Below are positions 35,917 to 49,700 of a DNA stretch of 64,000 nt, one piece after another; the first letter of the stretch is position 1, and every line of letters begins with the position of its first letter. The stretch is from contig CATNEN010000039.1 of assembly GCA_950097015.1 (NCBI GenBank), positions 5,766,001 through 5,830,000 of the forward strand. The letters are read 5' to 3'. This DNA comes from Macrostomum hystrix. Lineage: Eukaryota > Animalia > Platyhelminthes. Under the pieces are notes generated by a model that worked only from the letters and a program-made list of their open reading frames with translations, ran no database searches and was not told the origin of the DNA. Made by a program: the position numbers and the translations under genes.

Positions 35917-38024
35917 AGAGTCGGATAACTATCTGGGCGAGAAGTTTCTGGTAGCATCCAACTTTGTACCTGTCTGCTTATCACAATGGCTGGACTTTTA
36001 TGTGACCATGCCTCATTGGCTGGTGAGTGAGGACCTTACAACTTTGGTGTCTCTTAAAACGCTATGCCAGGAGTTAGCGCGGGTACATTAGCGAGTGGGA
36101 AAGGCAATCTTGCCTAAACTTTTTTATGTTCTTAATTAATGCCTAGATGAGTATGGTTAGGCTTTTTGGGTACTAATGGTACCTACAACTTGACTGTGCA
36201 AGTCAGTCGCATGTCTATGGCCTCGAAGCAAGTGAAAGTTAAGCGAAAGCTCTCATCAACCCATGACAATTCAGAGTTATGTCTCGTAGCTTCAGATGAG
36301 CCACCTGATTTAAAGGATATTATAAAATTGGCAAGACATATCTTCGAAAAAAATGTCCCAAATGCTAATGCAAAAACTAAAAATGAAAGAAGCGAAAGTA
36401 AAAAAGATTCTATATTATAATATCTAAAAACTTGCTAGAACTAAACAATGGAACGAACTGCCAGCAGGCTTGCATCAATAGATGTATTGTCCAAATACAA
36501 GGAAGCGCCAGTGTGCCCGTATAGTTCACTGGATTTCTGCCTGCACTTCCAATAATGGCTCATCTGCAACTGCAGGAAGTGGGTCGGCACGGCAAGGCAA
36601 CCATTTCCTGTCGCGGTAGGCAAACAGTCCACAGAAGGAAGCGAAGGGGCTGCCAGCACGATTGCTCGGTCCAAAGTTCCGGAGAAATTTTATGACTAAC
36701 AACCAAATCTATCCAATTAGTTTGCACTCAGCACCAAGGGCTGAGGGGAGTGAGACTAAACTGATTTTCGGCCGAATCTTATTTTCATAGCTTCCAAGTT
36801 AAGCAACAAAGCTTTCGTGCTTCTGCGAGACCAGCTGCTAAAGCTTCCTCCAAGCCTTACCCTAAATTGCATCACTATTGTCTTTAAAGCACTACCAATT
36901 ATATGAAGTGGTTTTTCTGTGAGTCCTGAATAATGGTCACCCGGAGCCGGAAAGCCAAATTGTAGACAGGAAGGCAATCATAAAATTGTTTTGTTGGAGT
37001 GCGTTCAAGATGTGAGGCTTTTTATAAATAATATAATCGTGTGACGGCGGGACTAGTGCATCTGCACTTAATCGGCCTGTTTAGCCGGGGGGTCGGTGCA
37101 CCCAGACCAGCCAGCACGGCGGCTAACCCGAGGTGTGAACTAGGGAGGGGTGTTCAGGATGACAATTCAGTTCGAGTGTTCGAGTGTTCGGGATTCGGGG
37201 TTAAACCGAAAAACTAATATATTAATAATTATTTATTTTTTTAAATAACTCATGTTATAATAACAAAAAAGTATGAATATTATAAAGAAATAAATTATCC
37301 TCTCAGACCCTCACTTTTGGATTCGAATCCTACTAAATTTATATTACTCGTAGTTCCTACAAATATTCGACAGGAATCGCTCGAATCTAAGATCCTCTTA
37401 TTTTAGTTGTCATCATTTTTAATATTGGGGATTAAATTGACACCTCATATTCAATGACTGTAGTGATTAAAATTGGTTATCAAAAAAATATTTTTATTCA
37501 CAGTTTTTAAGCCTGTGAATAGAATTTCTTGATTTTTACTTTCATTTGTTTATTAGCTTTTTGGGCTTTTTATTGTTTGAATGTTTGCTATCCATCATAG
37601 GAGCTAGTCTATGGCCTCGACCGAAAAATCGCGATCCAGTTCTATTATATATTCATCTATGGTATAAAGTAGTTGTTTCTAGTTTAGAAAATAATACTGT
37701 GCTATTGAGCCTTACAAATTTTCTCGCTCAGTTTCAAAGATTATAAATACCCTTTATATAATTATAAATATATATTTATAATATTTATTTATAATCATTG
37801 CTCAGTTTTGGCTCAGTTTACAATAACCCTAGATAGTTCACTCTTGTTTATATTTTTGCAACTACTCTTTGGATAGTAGCGTGAACGAACATGGATGCGT
37901 CAAACGATCTGAAAATAAGTAGCAAAAGTGATGTATTGTCGTTTTCGTGTCAGCTTAGTCACGAAATCACCCCTAAATGTAAGCTTGCAAAACATCAAAG
38001 TTAAGTGCACTCCCATTTATGGTC

Positions 38025-38398
38025 TGGTGGCCAGGGTCTGCTGAGGGGCGTCAGGTCGGGCGGCCAGGGTCTGCTGAGGGGCGTCAGGACGGGCGGCCAG
38101 GGTCTGCTGAGGGGCGTCAGGACGGGCGGCCAGGGTCTGCTGAGGGGCGTCAGGACGGGCGGCCAGGGTCTGCTGAGGGGCGTCAGGACGGGCGGCCAGG
38201 GTCTGCTGAGGGGCGTCAGGACGGGCGGCCAGGGTCTGCTGAGGGGCGTCAGGTCGGGCGGCCAGGGTCTGCTGAGGGGCGTCAGGTCGGGCGGCCAGGG
38301 TCTGCTGAGGGGCGTCAGGTCGGGCGGCCAGGGTCTGCTGAGGGGCGTCAGGTCGGGCGGCCAGGGTCTGCTGAGGGGCGTCAGGACGGGCGGCCAGC
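38025..38398. repeat. 33-bp GC-rich minisatellite, about 11 copies
   Basis: Unit GGCGGCCAGGGTCTGCTGAGGGGCGTCAGGWCG. Confidence 0.95.
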
Positions 38399-38404
38399 CG
38401 CTGC

Positions 38405-38690
38405 TTGTCAGGAACAGCATTCCACCGCGATCCCGAGTGCGGTTAGTCTCGCAAAGCAGGGCAGCTGTAGGCTTCGTCTACGAAATGTCTGTTGCAGACA
38501 CGCAAGCCTCTTTTGCGGATGAGTGCCAGGCAGCTCAATGAATTCCAGTTGAAGCAGAGCAGACGTTGCCATTGACTGGCAACCACATGGTCGCTGGGAA
38601 AAGTATGCAGCCTTATGGCCATATTTTGGTGGGGCAGGTAACAGAGGTGAGAAAATGATAGGGCAGCGGTGCGTCACAACACAATGGACA
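38405..38690 (-). pseudogene. Disrupted THAP zinc-finger domain (probable DNA-transposon remnant)
   Basis: From ATG 38622 it reads MAIRLHTFPSDHVVASQWQRLLC...GLRVCNRHFVDEAYSCPALRD*PHSGSRWNAVP, giving the FP, W, CxxHF and AVP THAP signature with an in-frame stop. A CVVTHRC segment lies upstream in another frame. Confidence 0.65.
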
Positions 38691-40044
38691 AAAACTCAGG
38701 GATGAACTTAGAATATATGTTTTCATTGTATGCAAAAGAAAGTTCAATAGTTCAAGTCACCGGTGTGTAATATAACTGTCGTTTAATTTAGAACAACTAT
38801 GTATTAGACAATAATTTGCGAATTTATTTATTAGGTTCGAAAGTATATAAAAAATGGCCTTGAACGTCCCGTGAACAGTTTTATTGGTATATAAAAACTA
38901 AACATTTAATCTATAATATCAAGATTCCACTGAGGAAGTAGACAGCAAAAATATGAACTAATCAAAAACTTGAATTTATCATGGCCAAAGTGCACAATGA
39001 CAGCTACACCAAAGCTATGGAAACCTAAATGGCAAAAACTGATATTAAAAATGTTTCATACTGCAGATAACTACACAAACACACAGGCCAATAAATTGTA
39101 CGGTGTACAAAGGCAAGAAGCATGGATTACCTAGACTGGAAAGCCTCTGAACTGTAATTTCAGAATTTGATTTGAGAAAGAAAAAAATAGGAAATCGATC
39201 GAAAAAGTAGACAAAACCCAACGTCCTCAGCTCATAGGAGTTTTAAAAAGCTAACGGGAACTAGAGAACAAAATGAATGAATAAATAGTTCTGTTGAATA
39301 GTTGACGCGATTCCAAGTGAGAGAACACTATAGCCGAACCGGACGGTGAAAATGTGCAAAAAACACGATCGACTAAACAGCGAGACAGTGGGAGTTCAGG
39401 GAATTTGTAGGAAGTAAAAATTAAAATAACAAGACAAAATTCGAAATAGTTCAAGCTAGAGGAGTGAAAAACTAAGCACGAAGCATCAGTGAAAAAGCGA
39501 TCAAATAATGTGTAGAAATGGAAGTGCAGTAACCAAAGAATGTCTGTAAATATTCAGTACCAGTTCATTATTTCAGTACCAGTTCTCTGGAGAGAGTACT
39601 GATGTACTTTTCCATTCTCTGCCAGCTATATTTGATATTTTACATAGCTGTTTTATACAGTCAAAAGTGCCAAATAAGAGTGCGCTGTATAGCAGAGAAG
39701 AAAAATAAACAACAATTTCTGGCGGCCATTATTCTGTCTGGAGACAAAGAAGAGTTCTAATTTTATAACAGACTTTATAGAGAAACCCAAAACCATTTGA
39801 AGAGTGAAACAAAAACTATAAAATTAAAGCAAATTTTGTTTTTTTAAGCATCAGCAATGAGAGCAGAGAGCGAACTGGCGATGCATAGTGAGTAGCCAAG
39901 GTGAGACAGATATTCATTTTTAGAGTATGAATTTCAGTAGACATCAGAGAGAGCTTTCGGCACGTTTTTAAAATTGATTTCTTAATAAAGGGAAATCCCA
40001 ACGGGTTATCCAGTAAGTGCCACTTGGGTGGTTCTTCTATGGAG

Positions 40045-40720
40045 AATACCTAGTTGGGATTTACCAGGAAGACCACTTGGGATTCCCCAGAAGTCAACTT
40101 GGGATTCCCCAGAAGTCCACTTGGGGTTCCCCAGAAGTCCGATTGGGATTCCCCACGAAGTCCACTTGGGATTCCCCAGAAGTCCATTTAGGATTCCCCA
40201 GAAGTTCACTTGGGATTCCCCAGAAGTCCACATGGGGTTCCCCAGAAGTCCACTTGGGATTCCCCAGAAGTCCACTTGGGATTCCCCAGAAGTCCGATTG
40301 GGATTCCCCACGTAGTCCACTTGGGATTCCCCAGAAGTCCACTTAGGATTCCCCACGAAGTCCACTTGGGATTCCCCAGAAGTCCATTTAGGATTCCCCA
40401 GAAGTTCACTTGGGATTCCCCAGAAGTCCACTTAGGGTTCCCCAGAAGTCCACTTGGGATTCCCCAGAAGTCCACTTGGGATTCCCCAGAAGTCCGATTG
40501 GGATTCCCCACGTAGTCCACTTGGGATTCCCCAGAAGTCCACTTAGGATTCCCCACGAAGTCCACTTGGGATTCCCCAGAAGTCCACTTAGGATTCCCCA
40601 GGAAGATTCCCCAGAAGTCCACTTAGGGTTCCCCAGAAGTCCACTTGGGATTCCCCAGAAGTCCGATTGGGATTCCCCACAAGTTCACTTGGGATTCCCC
40701 ACAAGTTCACTAGGGATTCG
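40045..40720. repeat. 22-bp minisatellite (CCACTTGGGATTCCCCAGAAGT), about 30 copies, just 3' of the PC stop codon
   Basis: Direct tandem units whose variant patterns recur in a higher-order block. Confidence 0.95.
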
Positions 40721-40791
40721 AAATTCAATCACAATTCACACGTAGCTGGCCTCCATGATTTAATTCTCCATGATTAAATGTGTATGTCTAT

Positions 40792-43700
40792 TCACTCCAT
40801 GTCGATAAGCAGATCGTTGCCCTCAACCTTGTCCCCGGCGCCAACGTGAATGTTCTTAATACGACCGGCGATCGGTGCGGTGACCACCAGCTCCATCTTC
40901 ATGGCCGACACCACCATCAAAGGCTGGCCCTTCTCCACCAGATCGTCTGCTTGCACTTTTACGTCGAGAATTTCGCCAGGCATCGGAGCGCCGATTGAGC
41001 CCTTTACGGTGGCCTTTGCCTTGGCCCGGATCTTCACATTCTTGGAGGCCTCCTGACAGAATTTGAAGGTTTGCGTTTAGAATTGGCGCGCATATACTAT
41101 ACTGTCTACTGACAAGTAGGTAACTTTGCATTTATTCAATTGAAAGCAAAAATTTTTGTGTAAGTGTTAGTGTTATTATTGTTTTGATAAATAACTAAGG
41201 TCTCCTACTTTAATATGCCGAACGGGACAAAATTGATGAAAATCTTTATTAACTCTCATTAAAGCAACAACTTGGCAGGAGCAATTTGAATAATAATAAT
41301 AACAATAATATAATAATTTATTACACCTGCCAGATGGCCAGATGTACAGCCGACAGCACAGCCGCAGTTATCAGAAGGCTGCGTACGGCTGTTCAGTCCA
41401 TGGACTGGGGGGACTCAATTACCCAGCTAATGCTGGTACCCCTTTTACAGCTGGGTGAACTGAAGCAAGGCAGAGTTGTGTCTTGCAAGAGCAGGACCCC
41501 CGAACTTCAATTCTGACTTAAATCCTCATTGATCCCAATCGGTTCACAGTCAGCGTGGATTAACCTTGTCGTTGATGTAGACCACCCGCTGCTGGCCGTT
41601 GAGCTCAAAGAAGCACTCGCACTTGCCGGCCTTGTCCGGCTCAGCCACGGCCAGAGGCTTGATGTAGATGGTCTTGCCGCGCTCCAGGTGGATCTCCAGC
41701 TCTTCGGCGATTTTGGGACCCTGGAAGAACACGCGGGTCTCCAGCTTGTCGACTGGGCCGTACTTCTGCCTGATGACGGCGAATTCGTCGAAAACCTTGG
41801 GATAGAGGGCGGCGCTGATCACGTCCTTGTCGCTGATCTCCTGGTCGCCGAATTTCTCGAGCAGGCCGGCTCGCAGTGCGTCAAAGTCCAGCGGCGGCAG
41901 CTCGGCGCCTGGCCGGCCGGTGAAGCGAGGCTTCCGGCCCTGAAGGACGCCGCGCGCCAACTGCTCGGGAAAGCCGCCTACAGGCTGGCCAATTAGGCCG
42001 TCGAAGAACTCCACAACCGACGTGGGGAAGGACAGCTCGGAGGCTTTGTCCAGGACGTCCTGCTTAGACAGGTTGTTGGCCACCATAAACTGGGCGAGGT
42101 CGCCGACGATTTTGGAGCTCGGCGTCACCTAGACGGCAGAGGAAGGCCTTGTATTTTGTGGTCATAAAAGATGGACAGGGTGAGAGAAAGGTGGACAGGG
42201 TGAGAGAAAGATGGACAGGGTGAGAGAAAGATGGACAGGGTGAGAGAAAGTTGGACAGGGTGAGAGAAAGATGGACAGGGTGAGAGAAAGGTGGACAGGG
42301 TGAGAGAAAGATGGACAGGGTGAGAGAAAGTTGGACAGGGTGAGAGAAAGATGGACAGGGTGAGAGAAGGTGGACAGTTTGGCAGGTTGATGGACAGGAG
42401 ACACCAACCTTGATGATGTCACCCATGAGTTCGTTGGCCTCGGCGAATTTCTTCTTGACGAGCTCGAACTGATGGGCCAATCCCAGGCTAATGGACTGGA
42501 ACTGCAGGTTGGTGTACTGGCCGCCTGGAATTTCGTTCTCGTAGACATCCGCGTTGCCGCTGCGCATTGTGCTGGTGCACTCGAAATTGGCGTACAGGCG
42601 TCTGGGACAGGGCAGGGGAATGCGAGACTTCAACTATCGATTAGCTGCTAGCTGACACTGCCCTGACCCAAGCCTCACCTGGCCACCTTCCAGTCCTGAC
42701 TCAAACCTCACCTGGACACCTCCCATTCCTGACCCAATTAGCCTCACCTGGCCACCTCCCATTCCTGACCCAATTAGCCTCACCTGGCCACCTCCCATTC
42801 CTGACCCAATTAGCCTCACCTGGCCACCTCCCATTCCTGACCCAATTAGCCTCACCTGGCCACCTCCCATTCCTGACCCAATTAGCCTCACCTGGCCACC
42901 TCCCATTCCTGACCCAATTAGCCTCACCTGGCTACCTCCCAGTAGGCGCTGTACTGAGTTACATCAGCCAGCTGCAGGCCGCAGTCTTGCTGCAGGCAGG
43001 ACACCAGGGCGCCCATCGATGCCTGCGAAGTGATGCCGCTCATCGAGTCGACGGCGCAGTCGATGATGTCGGCTCCGGCCTCCGCGCAGGCCAGCAGGGT
43101 GGCAACGCCAGCTCCGGCTGTGTCGTGGGTGTGCACATGCAGCGGGTGATCCGGAAAGGCCTTCTTCAGTGCGCCGATGAGGGCTCGGGCGCCGGCTGGC
43201 TTCAAAAGGCCTGCCATGTCCTTCACGGCCAAGATGTGAGTGCCAGACTTCACCAGCTGGTCGGCGGTCTTTAGATAGTAATCCATATTGTACTTCTGCG
43301 ACCTGCACGCCAAGGTGTTCAGGGCATTTGGTGAGATTAAGACTGGACCTCACTGGAATCTACAGACTAGATCTCATTGGAATCTACAGACTAGATCTCA
43401 TTGGAATCTACAGACTAGATCTCACTGGAATCTACAGACTAGATCTCATTGGAATCTACATACTAGATCTCCATTGAAATCTGCAGACTAGATCTCACTG
43501 GAATCTACAGACTGGACCTCACTGGAATCTACAGACTAGATCTCACTCGAATCTAAAGACTAGATCTCACTGGAATCTGCAGACTAGATCTCACTGGAAT
43601 CTGCAGACTAGATCTCACTGGAATCTGCAGACTAGATCTCACTGGAATCTGCAGACTAGATCTCATTGGAATCTACAGACTAGATCTCATTGGAATCTAC

Positions 43701-46700
43701 AGACTAGATCTCATTGGAATCTACAGACTAGATCTCCTTGGACTAGATCACTAGATCACCTCACCAACTGAATTTATCGAAAAAACTTTTATTGAGTTCT
43801 TTGAAACACTGCTCACTTGAGAACATCGCCAGTGTAGCAGACGGCAGCTTCAACAACGCCGCCAGCTTGGCGCACAGCGTCCATGCCAACTTCCATATTA
43901 GGAATGTAGTTGAGCGAGTCGAACACGCGGAAGATGTCCATGCCGGATTTGACAGCCTGCTCGCAGAATTTGTACACCACATTGTCCGGATAGTTGGTGT
44001 AGCCCACGGCGCTGGCTCCGCGCAGCAGCATCTGGAAGGGAATGTTCGGCACCAGCTGTCGCAGCTCCTCCAGCCGTTCCCAAGGGCACTCGTGCAGGAA
44101 GCGCATCGCCACGTCGAAGGTGGCGCCGCCCCAGCACTCCAGCGACAGCAGGCCGGACAGATTCCGGGCAGCGTAGGGGGCGATCTTCAATAGGTCGTAA
44201 GTTCGAACCCGGGTGGCCAGCAGGGACTGGTGAGCGTCGCGCATTGTTGTGTCGGTTAGCAGGACGCCCGGATGGTCCTTAATGGCGCGAGCGAACGCCT
44301 CCGGGCCCTTGTCGACCAGGATTTGGCGCCAGCCCTTTGGCGGCGCGACAGCTGCATTTGGAGGCAGAATGAATCCATACTCATGGCTCCGTACTCAGTT
44401 CACTGCTCATTGCTCACTGCTCACTGTTCACTGCTCATTGCTCACTGCTCACTGTTCACTGCTCATTGCTCACTGCTCATTGTTCACTGCTCATTGTTCA
44501 CTGCTCACTGTTCACTGCTCATTTTAAACGGCTCACTGCTCATTGCTCACTGCTCACTGTTCACTGCTCACTGTTCACTGCTCATTTTAAACGGCTCACT
44601 GCTCATTGCTCACTGCTCACTGTTCACTGCTTCCTGTTCACTGCTCACTGTTCACTGCTCACAGCTCATTTTAAACTGCTCACTGTTCACTGCTTCCTGT
44701 TCACTGTTCAATGTTAAAACAGTGCATTGCTAAATCCTCACCGTGGGTGTTTTAACTCTAAATAAGCTCGTATATCTTTCGTTAAATTGCAAACAAAAGT
44801 TGCAGAACTCACTGTAGTCGATCTTCGGCACCAAAGGCTGCACATCCGGGATCCGACTGTCCGGAATGCCTAACGGTGTCATCGGCCCGTTGACGAGGGT
44901 CTCAGCTGAAACATTACAGAGTAGGCATCTCAGAGATTTTCAACAACAAAACAAATGAGAATAGACTAGTAAAAACCATTGAGAACTAAAATGGACTCAC
45001 ACCTGATGACTAGGTGAGGAGGATGGTGGACTCACACCTGATGACTAGGTGAGGAGGATGGTGGACTCACACCTGATGACTAGGTGAGGAGGATGGTGGA
45101 CTCACATCTGATGACTAGGTGAGGAGGATGGTGGACTCACACCTGATGGCTAGGTGAGGAGGATGGTGGACTCACACCTGATGGCAGGGTGAGGAGGATG
45201 GTAGACTCACACCTGATGGCAGGGTGAGGAGGATGGTGGACTCACACCTGATGGCAGGGTGAGGAGGATGGTGGACTCACAACTGAAGACTAGGTGAGGA
45301 GGATGGTGGACTCACAACTGATGACTAGGTGAGGAGGATGGTGGACTCACACCTGATGGCTAGGTGAGGAGGATGGTGGACTCACACCTGATGACTAGGT
45401 GAGGAGGATGGTGGACTCACACCTGATGGCTAGGTGAGGAGGATGGTGGACTCACACCTGATGGCAGGGTGAGGAGGATGGTGGACTCACACCTGATGGC
45501 TAGGTGAGGAGGATGGTGGACTCACACCTGATGGCAGGGTGAGGAGGATAGTGGACTCACACCTGATGGCAGGGTGAGGAGGATGGTAGACTCACACCTG
45601 ATGGCAGGGTGAGGAGGATGGTGGACTCACACCTGATGGCAGGGTGAGGAGGATAGTGGACTCACATCTGATGGCAGGGTGAGGAGGATGGTGGACTCAC
45701 ATCTGATGGCAGGGTGAGGAGGATGGTGGACTCACATCTGATGGCAGGGTGAGGAGGATGGTGGACTCACACCTATGCTGGCATCACAGCAGATAACCTG
45801 CACTCACCAATGAAGTGAATGAGGCGTTGCGCCCTGTTCTTGTGCGGCTGCAGTTTGAACAGCTCAGGGTGCTGGTCGATGAAGGAGGTGTCCGTTGTCC
45901 CGGACAGGAACTTCTCGCTGCGCAGGACATTCAGCAGGAAGGGAATGTTAGTCTTGACGCCGCGCACCCGGAACTCCCGAAGCGCCCGATCCATCTTGGC
46001 GGCGCAGTCGCGGAAGTCCTTGGTGTGAGCAATGACCTTGCACAGCAGGCTGTCATAGTAGGGCGAGATGATGGCTCCCGCGTAGGCGCTGGCAGAGTCC
46101 AGGCGGATGCCGATGCCCTGGCCGGGCCTGAACACCTCCAGGCGTCCAGAGTCTGGCTGGAAGCCCTTCGACACGTCTTCAGTGGTGACTCGGCACTGCA
46201 TGGCGTAGCCGTTGACTTCAATGCGCTCTTGCTTCAGGCCCAAGTCGCGAAGCGAGAAGCCTTCAGCCAGCCGGATCTGCGAGTGAATGACGGCTGGTTC
46301 CTTCAGCCTGTTCCCCTCAGTCTGTCCTTCAGCCTGTTCCCCTCAGTCTGTGCCTTCAGCCTGTTCCCCTCAGTCTGTGCCTTCAGCCTGTTCCCCTCAG
46401 TCTGTGCCTTCAGCCTGTTGCCCTCAGTCTGTGCCTTCAGCCTGTTCCCCTCAGTCTGTCCTTCAGCCTGTTCCCCTCAGTCTGTCCTTCAGCCTGCTCC
46501 CCTCAGTCTGTGCCTTCAGCCTGTTCCCCTCAGTCTGTCCTTCAGCCTGCTCCCCTCAGTCTGTCCTTCAGCCTGTTCCCCTCAGTCTGTCCTTCAGCCT
46601 GTTCCCCTCAGTCTGTCCTTCAGCCTGTTCCCCTCAGTCTGTCCTTCAGCCTGCTCCCCTCAGTCTGTCCTTCAGCCTGTTCCCCTCAGTCTGTCCTTCA

Positions 46701-49700
46701 GCCTGCTCCCCTCAGTCTGTCCTTCAGCCTGTTCCCCTCAGTCTGTCCTTCAGCCTGTTCCCCTCAGTCTGTCCTTCAGCCTGCTCCCCACAGTCTGTTT
46801 GTTTAGCGTACTTTAACGAATTTAAGCTCTTTCATTTTTGGCAATTAAGCAAGCCACTTCGCTGCACTGAAGGTAGACAAAGAAACGTTGGACGGAGACC
46901 AGTGGAGAGACAGACAATCAGGTGAAGGAAAAGTAGGCTAATGCAGCTTCTCCCGCAAGTGTAGTACAGAAAAAAACACAATTAACTCAGCATCAATTCA
47001 ATAAACTGACCCCCATACACGATAATGCAGTTTCTTGGGGCAGGACAATACGCGGTACACCACTCAAGGCTGACATTCCCACAACTAAATGGGTGTGCAG
47101 AAGAGGGCAGAAAAGAATAGTACATTTTGCATACTGCAAAACTGACCAATTATTTGTTTCTGGGGTATGGGGGTAAGTGGCAGAGCGGTCTAACGCATTT
47201 GGCTCTCGCACCTTGAAAGCCAACCTCCGTGGCACAGCGAGAGTGTTCACTGCCTGACGATGAGAAAGTCAGGGCAGATAATACACCAATCCGAGTGAGC
47301 ATGTGTATCGTATCTGTGTGAGTGTGACTGAATGCTGTCACTGAATAATGTGCCAGAGCTCGCAGCCCTGGGACCTAGATTCAGAGGTCCATGGCTAACT
47401 AATGAAATAAATTGCACTTTTGAACGAAGCGTAGGGTCACAGCAATGTCATTTGAACACTGAACACCAGATAAAGACAAGCTGGGCACAGGAAACTGTAC
47501 AATTTTTGTTCCAGCCTGAGTTTAGCATTCTAAAAGAAGAAAGAAAGCAGGAAATGAGTAAGCTGTGTTCAGACAAAAGGTTTAAGTGCAAAGTACAATT
47601 ATATAACCCAAAGCAAACAGTTTGTAAACACTTCGAAAAAATTTCCACAATGTTCACCGAATATTGTTATCTAATGATAAAGCCACAACATAAACGTTAT
47701 GGGGGACTTTTTTACAAATTAGGATAGGAACAAGGGAAGGTCAAAGTACACGTTTTATCACTAGAATTGTATGCCAATCTTATTTTTGATACCTTGCCTA
47801 AAAAACTAAAAACACTTGTTTAAAAATCAACCTAAGAACACAAAGACACCCAAACACGAAAAAAGCAATTTTAAAGGGGCGAATGCCCCCCAGCATACAA
47901 ATGACCCCCAGTGTGTACAAATGACCCCCAGTGTGTACAAATGACCCCTAGAGTGTAAAAATTACCATAGAGTGCACAAATGATCCGCAGAATGTAAAAA
48001 TGATACACAGTGTACAAATGACCCCCACAGTACACAAATGACCCCCACAGTATACAAATGAGCCCCACAGTACACAAATGACGCCCACAGTACACAAATG
48101 ACCCCCACAGTATAAAAATGACCCCCACAGTATAAAAATGATCTCCACAGTACACAAATGACCCCCACAGTACACAAATGACCCCCACAGTATAAAAATT
48201 ACCTCCACAGTATACAAATGACCCCTACAGTACACAAATGACCACCACAGTACACAAAAAACCCCCACAGTACACAAATGACCCCCACAGTACACAAATG
48301 ACCCCCACAGTACACAAATAACCCCCACAGTACACAAATAACCCCCACAGTACACAATGACCCCCACAGTACACAAATAACCCCCACAGTACACAAATGA
48401 CCCCTACAGTACACAAATGACCCCCACAGTACACAAATAACCCCCACAGTATACAAATGAGCCCCACAGTACACAAATGACGCCCACAGTACACAAATGA
48501 CCCCCACAGTATAAAAATGACCCCCACAGTATAAAAATGATCTCCACAGTACACAAATGACCCCCACAGTACACAAATGACCCCCACAGTATAAAAATTA
48601 CCTCCACAGTATACAAATGACCCCTACAGTACACAAATGACCACCACAGTACACAAAAAACCCCCACAGTACACAAATGACCCCCACAGTACACAAATGA
48701 CCCCCACAGTACACAAATAACCCCCACAGTACACAAATAACCCCCACAGTACACAATGACCCCCACAGTACACAAATAACCCCCACAGTACACAAATGAC
48801 CCCTACAGTACACAAATGACCCCCACAGTACACAAATAACCCCCACAGTATACAAATGACCCCCACAGTACACAAATGACATGCACAGTATAAAAATTAC
48901 CTCCACAGTATACAAATGACCCCCACAGTACACAAATGACCCCCACAGTATAAAAATGACCCCCACAGTATACAAATGACCCCTACAGTACACAAATGAC
49001 CCCCACAGTACACAAATAACCCCCACAGTATACAAATGACCCCCACAGTACACAAATGACATGCACAGTATAAAAATTACCTCCACAGTATACAAATGAC
49101 CCCACAGTATACAAATGACCCCCACAGTACACAAAAGACCCCCAGTGTACAAACGATACTCAACGATATAAAATGTTCCCCGGAGTAAGCAAACTACCCT
49201 CAGTGCATATTAAATGACCTAAAAGTACATCCTGATTATTGTGGTACAGAGCACTGAAGTCAGGGCAAAAACATTAAAAGTACACCAGTGCAGCTTGTTA
49301 TACTGCAGATCACAACAGTAGCGGAACAAGTTGCACTTTTATAAATGACCCAGTGCAAGGCATATTGATTGGACCAGTAAGACAGACAGAATGTGAAAAC
49401 ACATTGTATTTTCAAAAAGCAAGGTCGGATACAAGTTTTCGGCCGCAGTCCCGAATACTCACCTGGGAGCGCACAATATCGATGCCTGTTATCTCCTCAG
49501 TGACAGTGTGCTCAACCTGCAGGCGGGCGTTGACCTCAATGAAATAGTACTGGCCAGACTTCACGTCGTACAGGAATTCCACAGTGCCGGCGTTCTCGTA
49601 GCCGACGTGTCGCATCAGTTTCACCGCGTCGCGGCACATGCTGCGGCAGACGTCAGGATTGATGTTCGGCGCCGGGGCGATCTCCACCACCTGCGGGCGG

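Noticed and set aside
36166-36977. Short ORFs upstream of copy G
   Set aside because: I found no domain similarity or consistent exon chain.
40006-40745. Repetitive ORFs (also 42162-42927, 44249-44733, 46287-46925, 47871-49152 and 59057-59653)
   Set aside because: These are by-products of stop-free minisatellite units in introns or flanks.
45815-46816. 333-aa plus-strand ORF and other antisense ORFs over PC, kinase, ETS and WSC exons
   Set aside because: They are shadows of GC-rich codon usage on the true coding strand, extended here by a repeat.
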